Notes: generated by a model from the letters alone, not told the origin. DNA of 64,000 nt from an uncultured bacterium (GCA_963807165.1 CAWDZM010000001.1:417521-481520), one strand, 5' to 3'; shown: positions 42,731-52,371, numbered from the stretch's first letter. A program made the numbers and translations.

Positions 42731-44521
42731 ATGGCATCTTCCTCAAAATCCGGCATCAACCGTGATACATTTTTTAACGGCGCGACCATCATCGCACGGC
42801 AATTGAAGCCGTACAAAAAAATACTCATCTGGCTGAGTATTTTTGGATTACTGAATGCAACAGCAAATGCATTTGTACCACTCGTTTCAGGAAAGATCTT
42901 CGACGCGATCATTAAAATTTCCCAAAATCCGGCGGCGATACTCATGCCGTTCATTACCCTCCTTATCGTCTGGGGTATCTTACAGCTCTTCACCAACGTC
43001 ATCAGCTGGTGGACCGGGTTTCAGAACGATAAGTTGAGTGCGATTCTTGAGGCCGAATACACCGCAGAAGGTTTCGGTAAGCTTTTTGAAATGCCGCTCG
43101 CATTCCATACCATGCAAAAACAAGGAGACACGAGTGATCGCATTAATCGCGGAGCAAACTGGCTGTCGAATATCGTCGGGAGCTCGCTCTTAACGCTTCT
43201 ACCCAGCTTTCTCAGTATCGGCGTCGCTCTCATTATTACTTTTTTTATGAACTGGCAACTCACGATAGTGCTTATCGGAGCCATTGTCATCTATGCAAGC
43301 ATTCTTTGGAATGCTGTTCCGCGCCTGAGCGGACTCCAAAAGCGCATGCATCGCGCATACAACCGTGCATATGGCAATTCTCATGATGCACTCGGAAATA
43401 TCCGCGAGATCAAACAGGCAGCAACGGAAAAACAAGAAAAGAAAAAAATCCGCCTTAATTTTGTTAACCGTGCTGCTGCATTCTGGGTGGACCTCAACAC
43501 CATCTTCGCACGACTTACATTCGCGCAGAAGATGCTCGTATCACTTACCCAACTCTCTATATTTATCATCTCTATCTTTTTTGTACGAAACGGCACACTT
43601 ACGCCAGGCGGACTCGTTGCGTTCAATGGATACGCGGCGATGATCCTCGGCCCGTTCGTATCCCTCGGTCAGCAGTGGCAAACCATCCAAAACGGACTCG
43701 TGGCGATCGTCCGCGCAGACAAGCTACTCGCAACGCCGATCGAAAATTATATGCCGGTCGGTGGCGTATCTCCCGAGAAATTGAGTGGCGATGTTGAATT
43801 CCGCGATGTCCGCTTTTCATATAAAACCAATAGCGAGACGCTTAAAGGCATCTCGTTCCACGCGCGCGCCGGGCAGAAGATCGCGCTCGTCGGCGAATCT
43901 GGCGTGGGCAAAACTACGATCATCGACCTCCTCTCCGGTTTCTATTTCCCGCAGCGCGGCCATATTTTGATCGACGGGGTCGACATAAAAAAGATGAATC
44001 TGCGTAATTACCGCTCGCACATCGGCATCGTGCCGCAGGAGCCGACGCTTTTCAACGACACGATCGAGGCGAACATCCGCTACGGCAATCCCGGAAAATC
44101 GACCGATGAAATGGTGGCCGCGTGCCGCGAGGCCTATGCGCGGGAGTTCATCGAAGCATTCCCCAAGAAGTACAAGACGATCGTCGGCTGGCGGGGCGTC
44201 AAACTCTCCATCGGGCAGAAGCAGCGCATCGCGCTCGCCCGCGCCTTTTTGCGCGGCCCGGATATTCTCGTGCTCGATGAACCCACATCCGCGCTCGACG
44301 CAAAGTCCGAACACTTGATTAAAGCATCTTTAGAAAAGCTGATGGCTGGGCGAACCACGTTCATTATTGCGCACCGTTTGTCGACCGTACGCGAGGTGGA
44401 TTTGATCTTAGTATTGAAAGACGGCACGATAGTGGAACAAGGAACGCACGATGCGCTCGTGAAAGTGCCAGATGGAATTTATCGCGGCTTGTACGAGATG
44501 CAAACGGGGTTTGCTCAATAG
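42731..44521 (+). CDS. ABC exporter (fused permease/ATPase)
   Basis: TM domain; GESGVGKTT, LSIGQKQR, LDEPTSALD, IAHRLST. Confidence 0.96.
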   Translation: MASSSKSGINRDTFFNGATIIARQLKPYKKILIWLSIFGLLNATANAFVPLVSGKIFDAIIKISQNPAAILMPFITLLIVWGILQLFTNVISWWTGFQNDKLSAILEAEYTAEGFGKLFEMPLAFHTMQKQGDTSDRINRGANWLSNIVGSSLLTLLPSFLSIGVALIITFFMNWQLTIVLIGAIVIYASILWNAVPRLSGLQKRMHRAYNRAYGNSHDALGNIREIKQAATEKQEKKKIRLNFVNRAAAFWVDLNTIFARLTFAQKMLVSLTQLSIFIISIFFVRNGTLTPGGLVAFNGYAAMILGPFVSLGQQWQTIQNGLVAIVRADKLLATPIENYMPVGGVSPEKLSGDVEFRDVRFSYKTNSETLKGISFHARAGQKIALVGESGVGKTTIIDLLSGFYFPQRGHILIDGVDIKKMNLRNYRSHIGIVPQEPTLFNDTIEANIRYGNPGKSTDEMVAACREAYAREFIEAFPKKYKTIVGWRGVKLSIGQKQRIALARAFLRGPDILVLDEPTSALDAKSEHLIKASLEKLMAGRTTFIIAHRLSTVREVDLILVLKDGTIVEQGTHDALVKVPDGIYRGLYEMQTGFAQ

Positions 44522-44579
44522 GATAAAGAACGGCCACCGGATATAAACCCGGTGGCCAGCGGAAGATAAACGCACCTAT

Positions 44580-44987
44580 TTAGGCTGATGCTGTAAACAT
44601 TATACCAAAAAACGCTATGAGCGCGACAGCAATGCCAATCAGCGCCGCATAGATAAAAATCTGCTGCGCTTTTTTGCGATCCTTCGCGCGAAACTCGGCT
44701 TGCGATACCGTGTCGGTCTTTCCGACCGCCGGACCAAAGTTAAAGACTCCCCTCATCCCAAAGCCGGCACAGAAATGCATAAATCCCTGAAGGAATCCAT
44801 TCGCGGAAAAGAACACCGGAATAAACAGCACGAGCCGCCACGCCGCAGACGCCCCAAGCCATACGAGCAGAGCCCAGAGGACGATCGTTATTAAAAGCCC
44901 CCACCATCCAAGCCGCTTCCGCATGCGGACCTCCGCCGGTCCGATATTGCACACGCCGGGGATGTATTGATGAGAGAGTTGTTCCAT
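44580..44987 (-). CDS. Hypothetical membrane protein
   Basis: YIPGVCNIGPAE; three hydrophobic segments. Confidence 0.8.
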   Translation of the reverse strand: MEQLSHQYIPGVCNIGPAEVRMRKRLGWWGLLITIVLWALLVWLGASAAWRLVLFIPVFFSANGFLQGFMHFCAGFGMRGVFNFGPAVGKTDTVSQAEFRAKDRKKAQQIFIYAALIGIAVALIAFFGIMFTASA

Positions 44988-44994
44988 GCACTTA

Positions 44995-45576
44995 TTATAC
45001 CTTTCTCTTCATCAACCAATCGGGCACCGGACTAAAAACGATCTCCGGCCAGTTATCAATCTCCTTTTCCGTCACATCGTAATATTTTTGATATGCCGGC
45101 TCCACACTTCCGTAGAGCGCTTGATCTAAATCCAATTCGAGCTTCCCAACCACAGATTTAAGCTCATCTTCGGACGGCGCTTCAATCTCAACAAACGTCG
45201 GTATCCACGGCCACGTATCAATCGTCACTTCCACATCATCCAGAATCCACTTCTCACGACGTGTCTCCTGATATGACACCAATCGAAGCTGAGCTGCGGC
45301 CAAAATTCCGCACGCATCATCAAAATTGGAAACCTCAATGGATATTTCTTTCGTCCCGTGGAGTGTTCGATCCACAACCTTCTTATAGCTCATCGTAATC
45401 TTGTCGCCCTCATCCCGCACCCGAAGCCAATCACTCTGTTTATTCGTTGGATGTTCAAACACCTTTCGCTTCATCAAAACCTCCGGATGGATAAGCTGAG
45501 CACCGAGTTCATTTAATTTCTTCCGCATCGCTTGCGGGTTAGCATCTAAAAACTTTGCCTCGATCTCAGTTTTCAT
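44995..45576 (-). CDS. CYTH-domain protein
   Basis: EIEAKF, WLRVRD, FVEIE. Confidence 0.9.
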   Translation of the reverse strand: MKTEIEAKFLDANPQAMRKKLNELGAQLIHPEVLMKRKVFEHPTNKQSDWLRVRDEGDKITMSYKKVVDRTLHGTKEISIEVSNFDDACGILAAAQLRLVSYQETRREKWILDDVEVTIDTWPWIPTFVEIEAPSEDELKSVVGKLELDLDQALYGSVEPAYQKYYDVTEKEIDNWPEIVFSPVPDWLMKRKV

Positions 45577-45580
45577 AACA

Positions 45581-46111
45581 TTATTCCATTCCCCTCCTGC
45601 TCCCCTTCAACATCCAGTGCACAAACCACGCCGAGAGTAACCCAACGACCGCCCCACCCGCGATATCCAGCGGCCAGTGCACGCCGGCGTAAATCCGCGC
45701 GAAGCCCATAAGCACCGCGAGCGCAGAGAACCACCATCCCCACTTACGGTTTGCGAACCAGACAGTGAGCGCGAGCGCGAAGAACCAGGCGGCGTGCCCC
45801 GACGGGAACGACCACGCGCTCTCATTAAAGAGCGGCATAAAGTTATAAAAAGAGAACGGGCGCGGTTCGTGGTAAAAATAGCGAATGACTTCCGTCACGA
45901 TCCCACGCGCGAGGATGATCGCCAGCGTGCCTTCACAAAACAGATACACCTTCCGCCGCCATCCCTTTTGGTAATATACGAGCACGAGGAATGCGAGTAC
46001 CAAAAGATATGGCAGATACTCCGCAAAGAATATCGCGAGCACATCCCAAAACGCATTATGATGGCCGACGGCATAAAAGAACGGGAACAACTTCTGATTG
46101 AGAGAAAACAT
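45581..46111 (-). CDS. PAP2-family phosphatase
   Basis: RP, SFPSGH, RIYAGVHWPLD. Confidence 0.93.
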   Translation of the reverse strand: MFSLNQKLFPFFYAVGHHNAFWDVLAIFFAEYLPYLLVLAFLVLVYYQKGWRRKVYLFCEGTLAIILARGIVTEVIRYFYHEPRPFSFYNFMPLFNESAWSFPSGHAAWFFALALTVWFANRKWGWWFSALAVLMGFARIYAGVHWPLDIAGGAVVGLLSAWFVHWMLKGSRRGME

Positions 46112-46180
46112 ATTTATCTATTATATCATTCCTGCCGCCCACAAAAAAACACCCTGACAAAGGGTGTTTTTTTGTTTGTG

Positions 46181-46399
46181 CTACTTGCGAACGTACGGCA
46201 ACAGCGCCATGAACCTGGCCTGCTTGATGGCGGTCGCCAGCTTGCGCTGATGCTTTGCGCAGATGTGCGTGTGGCGCGGGTCGATGATCTTTGCCTGGCT
46301 CGAAACGAACCGACGCAAAAGATCGATCTCTTTATAATCGATGTTCTTGAGGTTCTGCGAGCAGAAGAAACACTGTTGTGATATTGCGATGGGGGTCAT
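46181..46399 (-). CDS. rpsR: 30S ribosomal protein S18
   Basis: CFFC, IDYK, KHQRKLATAIKQARFMALLPY. Confidence 0.97.
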   Translation of the reverse strand: MTPIAISQQCFFCSQNLKNIDYKEIDLLRRFVSSQAKIIDPRHTHICAKHQRKLATAIKQARFMALLPYVRK

Positions 46400-46413
46400 G
46401 ATGATAGTTATCG

Positions 46414-46986
46414 TTATACTTTTCTGACTTGAAGCGAATCCAGCTCGACCGCAGTATCCCTTCCGAAGATCGGCACCAGCACCTTGATGCTGCCCTTCTC
46501 TTCGTTGACTTCGGAGATCTTGCCGTCGTATTCCTTGAAAGGACCGTCGGTTATTTTTACCAGATCGCCCACCTTTAAGTCAAGGATCATCTTCTTGTCG
46601 CCTTCGCCCGTACGCGCGAGGAGGAAATCTACTTCGTCCTTGGAGAGCGGCGTCGGCGTCGTGTTATCGGGACCGACGAAGCCGGTCACGCGCGGCGTGT
46701 TGCGCACCACGTACCATGAATCCTCCGTCAGGATCATCTCCACAAGTACGTAGCCCGGATAGATCTTCTCTTCTACCGTCGTACGCTTGCCCGCCTTCAC
46801 TTTTATCTTCTTCTCCTTCGGCACGAGAATGTTAAAAATCTTATCACCCATCGCAAGCGACTCGACGCGCTGTTTAAGATAACGCGAGACCGCCTCCTCG
46901 TAGCCCGAGTACGTCTGCACCGCGTACCACTGGCGTACCGCCGGCTTTTCGTTTTGCGTGCTTGAGTTGGGATGAGTCAATGCCAT
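46414..46986 (-). CDS. nusG: Transcription factor NusG
   Basis: WYAVQTYSGYE, PGYVLVEM, TPRVTGFVG, KOW motif. Confidence 0.98.
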   Translation of the reverse strand: MALTHPNSSTQNEKPAVRQWYAVQTYSGYEEAVSRYLKQRVESLAMGDKIFNILVPKEKKIKVKAGKRTTVEEKIYPGYVLVEMILTEDSWYVVRNTPRVTGFVGPDNTTPTPLSKDEVDFLLARTGEGDKKMILDLKVGDLVKITDGPFKEYDGKISEVNEEKGSIKVLVPIFGRDTAVELDSLQVRKV

Positions 46987-47016
46987 GATATCTATTACTA
47001 TATTATGATTTTACGA

Positions 47017-47205
47017 TTACGCCAAAATAAAAGTTTTGATCAGGTACGAAAAAAGATAATCGAATGAACCTAAAAAGACCGCGAGGCCAACGGCGATCCC
47101 GATGACGATAAAGGTAAGGCGCGTCGCCTCCTGGCGGGTTGGCCAGTTGACGTGACGAATCTCGTTCTTTGCCTCACTGAAGAAATTTTTTATACTGGCG
47201 AACAT
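47017..47205 (-). CDS. secE: Preprotein translocase SecE
   Basis: EIRHVNWPTRQE followed by a TM; upstream of nusG. Confidence 0.94.
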   Translation of the reverse strand: MFASIKNFFSEAKNEIRHVNWPTRQEATRLTFIVIGIAVGLAVFLGSFDYLFSYLIKTFILA

Positions 47206-47295
47206 GATTTGCTGTTTTTTCTCAATTAAAATACCGCTATACTCGCGGTTGGAGGTAAGAAGAGTATAGCATCCAATTGGGCTAAACGTCAACTG

Positions 47296-47375
47296 GGAGG
47301 CAAAGAGAGGGAGGCATTCTCCAACCGGGCTCACCCTTCGGGATGGTTGGAGAATGCCTCCCTCTCTTTGCCTCC
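47296..47375. repeat. 31-bp perfect inverted repeat
   Basis: GGAGGCAAAGAGAGGGAGGCATTCTCCAACC (47296-47326) against 47345-47375. Confidence 0.88.
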
Positions 47376-47454
47376 TTGGTAAAAATAAAAAGAAATATCA
47401 ACCCGTATCGGGGCACACGCCCGAGCTATGCCCATGCACAGCTCGGGTGGCCGG

Positions 47455-47527
47455 TGGACCCGGCGGGAGTCGAACCCGTTTTCTCCGTTTGTTAAAGGCG
47501 GAGTCTTACCAGATAGATGACAGGCCC
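47455..47527 (-). ncRNA. tRNA-like RNA B (G3:U70, A73, partly unpaired anticodon arm)
   Basis: GGGCCTG/CGGGTCC-A-CC; D-arm TCT-ATCTGGTA-AGA; TCCG-CCTTTAACAAA-CGGA; ACGGG-TTCGACT-CCCGC. Confidence 0.72.
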
Positions 47528-47545
47528 ATCGCCACCGGCAAAGAA

Positions 47546-47579
47546 ATAATAACCAATGTGCCATTAAAACTATCTAAAA
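47546..47579 (-). promoter_or_regulatory. Conserved promoter motif upstream of tRNA-like RNA B
   Basis: Minus strand TTTTAGATAGTTTTAATG, N10, TATTAT. Confidence 0.65.
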
Positions 47580-47657
47580 CATAAACAACCCCTCTAGGGG
47601 TTGTTTATGTAACAAACGGAGATCTAACCTGCCGTCTCGGCAGACTCCCGCCTCGCC
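47576..47657 (-). ncRNA. Putative sRNA B, antisense to the T-arm and anticodon arm of tRNA-like RNA B
   Basis: GGCGGGAGTC (10 nt), hairpin, TCTCCGTTTGTTA (13 nt), colinear with the target; terminator hairpin 47579-47610 plus TTTT. Confidence 0.6.
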
Positions 47658-47661
47658 TATT

Positions 47662-47689
47662 ATTTTAGCCCCGATAAAAGAAAAGTCAA
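47662..47689 (-). promoter_or_regulatory. Sigma70-type promoter for sRNA B
   Basis: TTGACT, 16 nt, TAAAAT on the minus strand. Confidence 0.7.
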
Positions 47690-47735
47690 AAATGATTTAA
47701 TGATTTTTTAATGAGGATTATGCTATGAATTTGAT

Positions 47736-48086
47736 ATGCCGCCACCGGGATATTATCGAAAGCGTCGCGAGAAACTTATGCGCAAGGATCCGCATTGCTA
47801 TTGGTGTGGAAAAGAATTAACTCTCTATCCAGACTATCGCAGCGAGGGGTTCAAATTCATGCCGGAAGATTATCCCACCGTAGACCATCTCACTTCCAGA
47901 TTCATGGGCCCAAGAAAAAATGGCGACGGAAAGACGCAGGTTGTTGTTATCGCATGTCCACAATGTAATAACGCACGAAATGTCGTTGAATGCCAACAAC
48001 ACATCTGGCGCACCCGATGGAAATCTGCATCTTTCCCTTTTCCTCTCCGATGGCTAGGGAAGATACTAAAGCGATCTCGATTTTAG
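47736..48086 (+). CDS. HNH endonuclease-like protein
   Basis: CYWCG, TVDHL, IACPQCNNAR. Confidence 0.82.
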   Translation: MPPPGYYRKRREKLMRKDPHCYWCGKELTLYPDYRSEGFKFMPEDYPTVDHLTSRFMGPRKNGDGKTQVVVIACPQCNNARNVVECQQHIWRTRWKSASFPFPLRWLGKILKRSRF

Positions 48087-48194
48087 ATAGGATAAATCTA
48101 TGTGTGGCTGGATGGCGAGAGAGACGAAGTTCAAATAAAATTGACAGATTAATAAAGTAATGTATTCTATCTTCACCAGAAAGGAGTTAGTTGA

Positions 48195-48440
48195 ATGGGC
48201 CAGGCCTCGAAGCTACCAACTAAGTTTAGATTTGCAATTTCAAGATCCAACAACGAAGAAGCCTTCTTGGGCGCTCTCGGAAAAGCAATCGAATGCCGAA
48301 CGAGCGACACCCCGCCACCAGGATATGGGGCGTGGAACCAAAAAGGGATTTACTTCAGCACAACACCCGATGCTGTGGATGGAAAAACTCTTTTCTATGC
48401 CCTGATACAATTTGAATGCGTGCCGACCGATCAGATATAG
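48195..48440 (+). CDS. Hypothetical protein (81 aa)
   Basis: TTGACA-16-TATTCT promoter at 48141, AAGGAG RBS, downstream terminator near 48454-48480. Confidence 0.65.
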   Translation: MGQASKLPTKFRFAISRSNNEEAFLGALGKAIECRTSDTPPPGYGAWNQKGIYFSTTPDAVDGKTLFYALIQFECVPTDQI

Positions 48441-48514
48441 TATCCCCTCCTGCGGCCACCGAATATCGGTGGCCTTTTTTATTTAAACACTACCACCACC
48501 CTCGCCAATAAATT

Positions 48515-50668
48515 TTAAACGTCCAAATTCTGCACGGTCGCGGCATGAGCCTGGATAAAATTCTTGCGCGGTTCCACGGCGTCGCCCATTAACGTGTCGA
48601 AAAGCTTGTCGGCTTTCTCGGCGTCGTCCACCATCACCTGCTTCATCAAGCGCACCTCCGGATTCATCGTGGTCTCCCAAAGTTGTTCTGCATTCATTTC
48701 ACCGAGACCTTTGTAGCGCTGGATATTCGGTTGACGCTTGCCGTCACCCTGTCCTTCAGTGACGCCTTCCGGGGATTCGGCGCCTTCCACGCCCTCTTCT
48801 ACTATCGCGGCTTCGGCTGCAACATCAGCAAGTTCCGCGAGCGTGGACGGCGAGGCTTTCTTGCTTGCCTTGCCAGCAGCTGCAGCCTTGGCACTCTTTG
48901 CCGGAAGCGCTGGCGCGTTTTTTTGCATTTCTGTAATCACCTTATCTTTTTCCTCGTCGGAAAATGCGTACTTGATATTCTTGCCAAGCTGGATGCGATA
49001 GAGCGGCGGCTGGGCAATATACACATAGCCACCGTCCACAACCTCGCGGAAGTAGCGATAGAACAATGTGAGTAAGAGCGTGCGAATGTGCGCACCATCA
49101 ACGTCAGCATCTGTCATGATGATGATCTTGTGGTAGCGCAACTTTTCCATACTGAACTCTTCGCCGATCGCAGTGCCGATCGCGATGACGAGAGAGCGAA
49201 CCTCCGCGTTCGCAAGCATCTTGTCCAGGCGCGCGCGCTCCACGTTCAGCGGCTTACCACGCAAAGGCAAGATAGCCTGCGTGTGCCGGTTGCGGCCCTG
49301 CTTGGCGGTGCCTCCTGCAGAATCCCCTTCTACTATAAATAGTTCCGACTCCGCCGCGATCTTGGATGTGCAATCAGCGAGCTTGCCCGGGAGCGTGAGT
49401 CCTTCGAACGCGCCTTTACGCAGAACTGTCTCTCGCGCCGCCTTTGCTGCAAGCCGCGCCTTCGAAGTCAGGATTACCTTCTGGATGATCGCCTTGCCTT
49501 CCGCCGGATGTTTTTCTAAAAATTCCTTCAGCGCTTCGTTCACAACGGACTCCGTCGCAGTGCGCGCCTCCGGATTGCCAAGCTTGGCCTTCGTCTGCCC
49601 CTCGAACTGTGGATCGCGCAACTTTACCGATAGCACGGCAACAATGCCTTCGCGCACATCATCGGCCGTCAGGTTCTCTTCCTTTTCTTTCAGATACCCC
49701 TCGGCGCGCGCGAAGTTGTTGAGCGTACGCGTGAGCGCGGAACGAAAACCGGTCAAATGCATACCGCCCTCTGGAGTAAAGATATTATTCGCGAAACTCA
49801 TTTCAGTAACGCGCGTGTCGTCGATATACAAGAACGCCGCCTCGATATCCAATTTCTCTGCTTCTTTTTCCACATAAAAAATATCTTCGTTGAGGCGATT
49901 CTTTTTCTGTGACAAAAACTTTACATACGAGAGCACGCCGCCTTCGAAATAAAATCCGTAGAAATATGGCACCGGCTTGCGGCGGTCATAAAAATTAATC
50001 CGAACACCTTTCGTAAGGTATGCCTGCTGGCGCAAACGCTCCAATATAACCTTGTCACTGAATTCCATTTCGGAGAATATCTGCGAATCGGGAGAGAACG
50101 TCGTCTTCGTGCCATGACGCTTGGACGCGCCGAGCTTCTTCACTTTATATTCCGGAACACCGCGCTTATATTCCTGCACGTACGATCCACCATCACGCTC
50201 CACTTCTACTTTGACCCACGAGGAGAGCGCATTGACGACAGAGGCGCCGACGCCGTGCAATCCACCGGAAACTTTATATCCCTCGCCGCCAAATTTTCCT
50301 CCAGCGTGAAGCACGGTCATGACCGTCTCGAGCGTTGACTTCTTCGTCTGCGGATGGATATCCACCGGAATGCCACGGCCGTCATCCTGGACGCTCACTT
50401 TATTATCCGGCAAAAGTTCGACGGTAATATTCTTTGCATATCCCGCCATCACTTCATCGATGGCATTGTCTACGATTTCCCAGATCAAGTGGTGCAATCC
50501 CGTGGCGCTCGTGGAACCGATATACATACCCGGACGAAGCCGAACCGGCTCCAATCCCTCAAGAACGGTGATGTCTTTTGCGCCATAGGTGGAACTCCCT
50601 TTATTGCTATTCTTAACCTCTGCTTTTGGAGCTTTTTTTGATTCCTTCTTTGATTCTTTTTCGGCCAT
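48515..50668 (-). CDS. gyrB: DNA gyrase subunit B
   Basis: LEGLEPVRLRPGMYIG, GGLHGVG, VEGDSAGG, DADVDG, QRYKGLGEMN. Confidence 0.96.
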   Translation of the reverse strand: MAEKESKKESKKAPKAEVKNSNKGSSTYGAKDITVLEGLEPVRLRPGMYIGSTSATGLHHLIWEIVDNAIDEVMAGYAKNITVELLPDNKVSVQDDGRGIPVDIHPQTKKSTLETVMTVLHAGGKFGGEGYKVSGGLHGVGASVVNALSSWVKVEVERDGGSYVQEYKRGVPEYKVKKLGASKRHGTKTTFSPDSQIFSEMEFSDKVILERLRQQAYLTKGVRINFYDRRKPVPYFYGFYFEGGVLSYVKFLSQKKNRLNEDIFYVEKEAEKLDIEAAFLYIDDTRVTEMSFANNIFTPEGGMHLTGFRSALTRTLNNFARAEGYLKEKEENLTADDVREGIVAVLSVKLRDPQFEGQTKAKLGNPEARTATESVVNEALKEFLEKHPAEGKAIIQKVILTSKARLAAKAARETVLRKGAFEGLTLPGKLADCTSKIAAESELFIVEGDSAGGTAKQGRNRHTQAILPLRGKPLNVERARLDKMLANAEVRSLVIAIGTAIGEEFSMEKLRYHKIIIMTDADVDGAHIRTLLLTLFYRYFREVVDGGYVYIAQPPLYRIQLGKNIKYAFSDEEKDKVITEMQKNAPALPAKSAKAAAAGKASKKASPSTLAELADVAAEAAIVEEGVEGAESPEGVTEGQGDGKRQPNIQRYKGLGEMNAEQLWETTMNPEVRLMKQVMVDDAEKADKLFDTLMGDAVEPRKNFIQAHAATVQNLDV

Positions 50669-50761
50669 TTTTATTGGGGTTTTTACTTATTTTTCGTTAA
50701 AAAATGCCCCTGCGGCAATACAAGTATTTTAGCATGATTTAGAGGAAAAATCCAAAGTAAA

Positions 50762-51013
50762 TTATCCGCGTTTTTCGCCCAAAGAAGATGACACCGTCAT
50801 CGCTATTCCGTCTATCTTTCCTTCAAGATTCGATACTCGATCGATTAGCGTGGTTATGTGTTCTTCCAACTTTTTTATGTCTCCTTCTATGCGGGAAAAA
50901 CCAATCTTAAGATCATCTACTGTTTGCAATTTTCTCCCCACCGCAACCGACCACCCTGCCGTAAAAAGCAGGGCGGTCACAATACTACTAGAGATGGTAT
51001 AGAGTGCATCCAT
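50762..51013 (-). CDS. Small TM plus coiled-coil protein
   Basis: Hydrophobic N-terminus, heptad pattern; TTGACT-16-TATCAT promoter at 51039-51066 favours the 51013 start. Confidence 0.65.
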   Translation of the reverse strand: MDALYTISSSIVTALLFTAGWSVAVGRKLQTVDDLKIGFSRIEGDIKKLEEHITTLIDRVSNLEGKIDGIAMTVSSSLGEKRG

Positions 51014-51094
51014 GGTAAATGATTTTGTATTTGATTTTATGATAGTCTTTTCTGTCATAGAGTCAAAAATGATTTAATCTATTTTTAATGAATC

Positions 51095-52234
51095 CTAGAA
51101 CTTCGTCGTTTGCGGGCTTCCCAACCCCGTCACGTAATCGTATCGCTTGCGCGCATCGCAGTAATACTGGCAGGTGCCGTTCGATCCGCTCGTGATATCA
51201 CGGAAGTACTTGAGCGTGCTCGTGGAAGCCTTGTCAGTGTAGAACTTATCAAGCGCGGCGGTATCGCCAAGCGCCTGGATGGCGGCCCACTGCGGAGCGC
51301 CTGCGCTCGTACCGCCGACGGTGTCCCACGCACCTTTTTTCTTTGTACCGGTGCCCGTGGTGATATAGATAGGGTATCCAGACGCGGGATCTGCATTGTA
51401 GGAGACATCCGGAATCGCACGCATGCCGTTCGCCTTCGAGATCTTGTACGACGTCTGGTATGCGGGCTCTTTTTCATATGCACTCACACCACCACCACTT
51501 CCCGACCATGCGCTCTCAGCAATCAGCGTGCCGCTCGATGCCAACTGCAACGACGTGCCACCGACGCCGATCACATTCGGCGAGGACGCGGGCCAGCTGG
51601 CTCCCGTGCCATCGTCACCAGATGACGCAAAGAATGCGATACTCGAACTCGTCTTGCTTTCAAAATGCGAATCCTCCGAAAGCTCGTCGGAAAATTCCGC
51701 GCCGCCCCAGCTCATCGAAACCGCAACGACATCCTTGCGCGCGGCGGCGTAATCCACGGCGCTCATCAGATTCGCACCGGATGGCGTCTTTGCCTCTACG
51801 AGTAATATCTTTGCGCTCGGCGCGATCGCGTGCGCCCACTCCACGTCGAGCGATGTTTCCATGGCCCAACCGCTGTTCGATGCGGTCGAACTCGCCATTT
51901 TATGTTTTTCGAAACAGCCATTTGCGGTAGTACACGCTGGCAGATTGAACTGTTTATCAAACGCTGCCAGATCACTTTCCATATTCGTGTCATCGTACGC
52001 ATCAATAAGCGCGATCGTCCCCTTTCCGCCAGTGGCAGGAAGGTTATAGATCTTTTTTATTTCCGCCGGTGTCACGCCGGAAGGCGTCGTTTGTGCCGAC
52101 TTGAATACGTGCACCGGCGGCGTCCCCTGAAAATCCGAAAACCGATACGCCGCCTGTGCGGCACCCACGGGAACAAGCGCGGAAGCGGCCGCGAGGAACG
52201 CGACAAGCACCGCAGATAGTTTTTTTGTTTTCAT
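51095..52234 (-). CDS. Secreted S53 (sedolisin-like) peptidase
   Basis: Signal peptide; ETSLDVEWAH, SSGDDG, GGTSAGAPQWA, YDYVTGLGSP. Confidence 0.92.
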   Translation of the reverse strand: MKTKKLSAVLVAFLAAASALVPVGAAQAAYRFSDFQGTPPVHVFKSAQTTPSGVTPAEIKKIYNLPATGGKGTIALIDAYDDTNMESDLAAFDKQFNLPACTTANGCFEKHKMASSTASNSGWAMETSLDVEWAHAIAPSAKILLVEAKTPSGANLMSAVDYAAARKDVVAVSMSWGGAEFSDELSEDSHFESKTSSSIAFFASSGDDGTGASWPASSPNVIGVGGTSLQLASSGTLIAESAWSGSGGGVSAYEKEPAYQTSYKISKANGMRAIPDVSYNADPASGYPIYITTGTGTKKKGAWDTVGGTSAGAPQWAAIQALGDTAALDKFYTDKASTSTLKYFRDITSGSNGTCQYYCDARKRYDYVTGLGSPQTTKF

Positions 52235-52240
52235 ACCCCG

Positions 52241-52274
52241 AGCGTAGCACAGAGGGCATTAAAACTATCTAAAA
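52241..52274 (-). promoter_or_regulatory. Conserved promoter motif upstream of the S53 peptidase (likely leaderless mRNA)
   Basis: Minus strand TTTTAGATAGTTTTAATG, N10, TACGCT, N6, ATG. Confidence 0.65.
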
Positions 52275-52279
52275 TGTAA

Positions 52280-52353
52280 GAAAAATAATGCCTTCATTGT
52301 CTCGCTCCAGCGTAAGCACGCCCACTCGCTCGACAACGAAGGCATTATTTTTC
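52280..52353. repeat. 22-bp inverted repeat (1 mismatch)
   Basis: GAAAAATAATGCCTTCATTGTC against GACAACGAAGGCATTATTTTTC. Confidence 0.8.
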
Positions 52354-52371
52354 AATATCACTTAAGAGAGG

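Noticed and set aside
47455-47527. Ordinary tRNA-Trp, tRNA-Leu(TAA) or ochre suppressor
   Set aside because: No CCA anticodon, no long variable arm, anticodon stem mismatched; a normal Leu(TAA) gene exists at 33983-34067.
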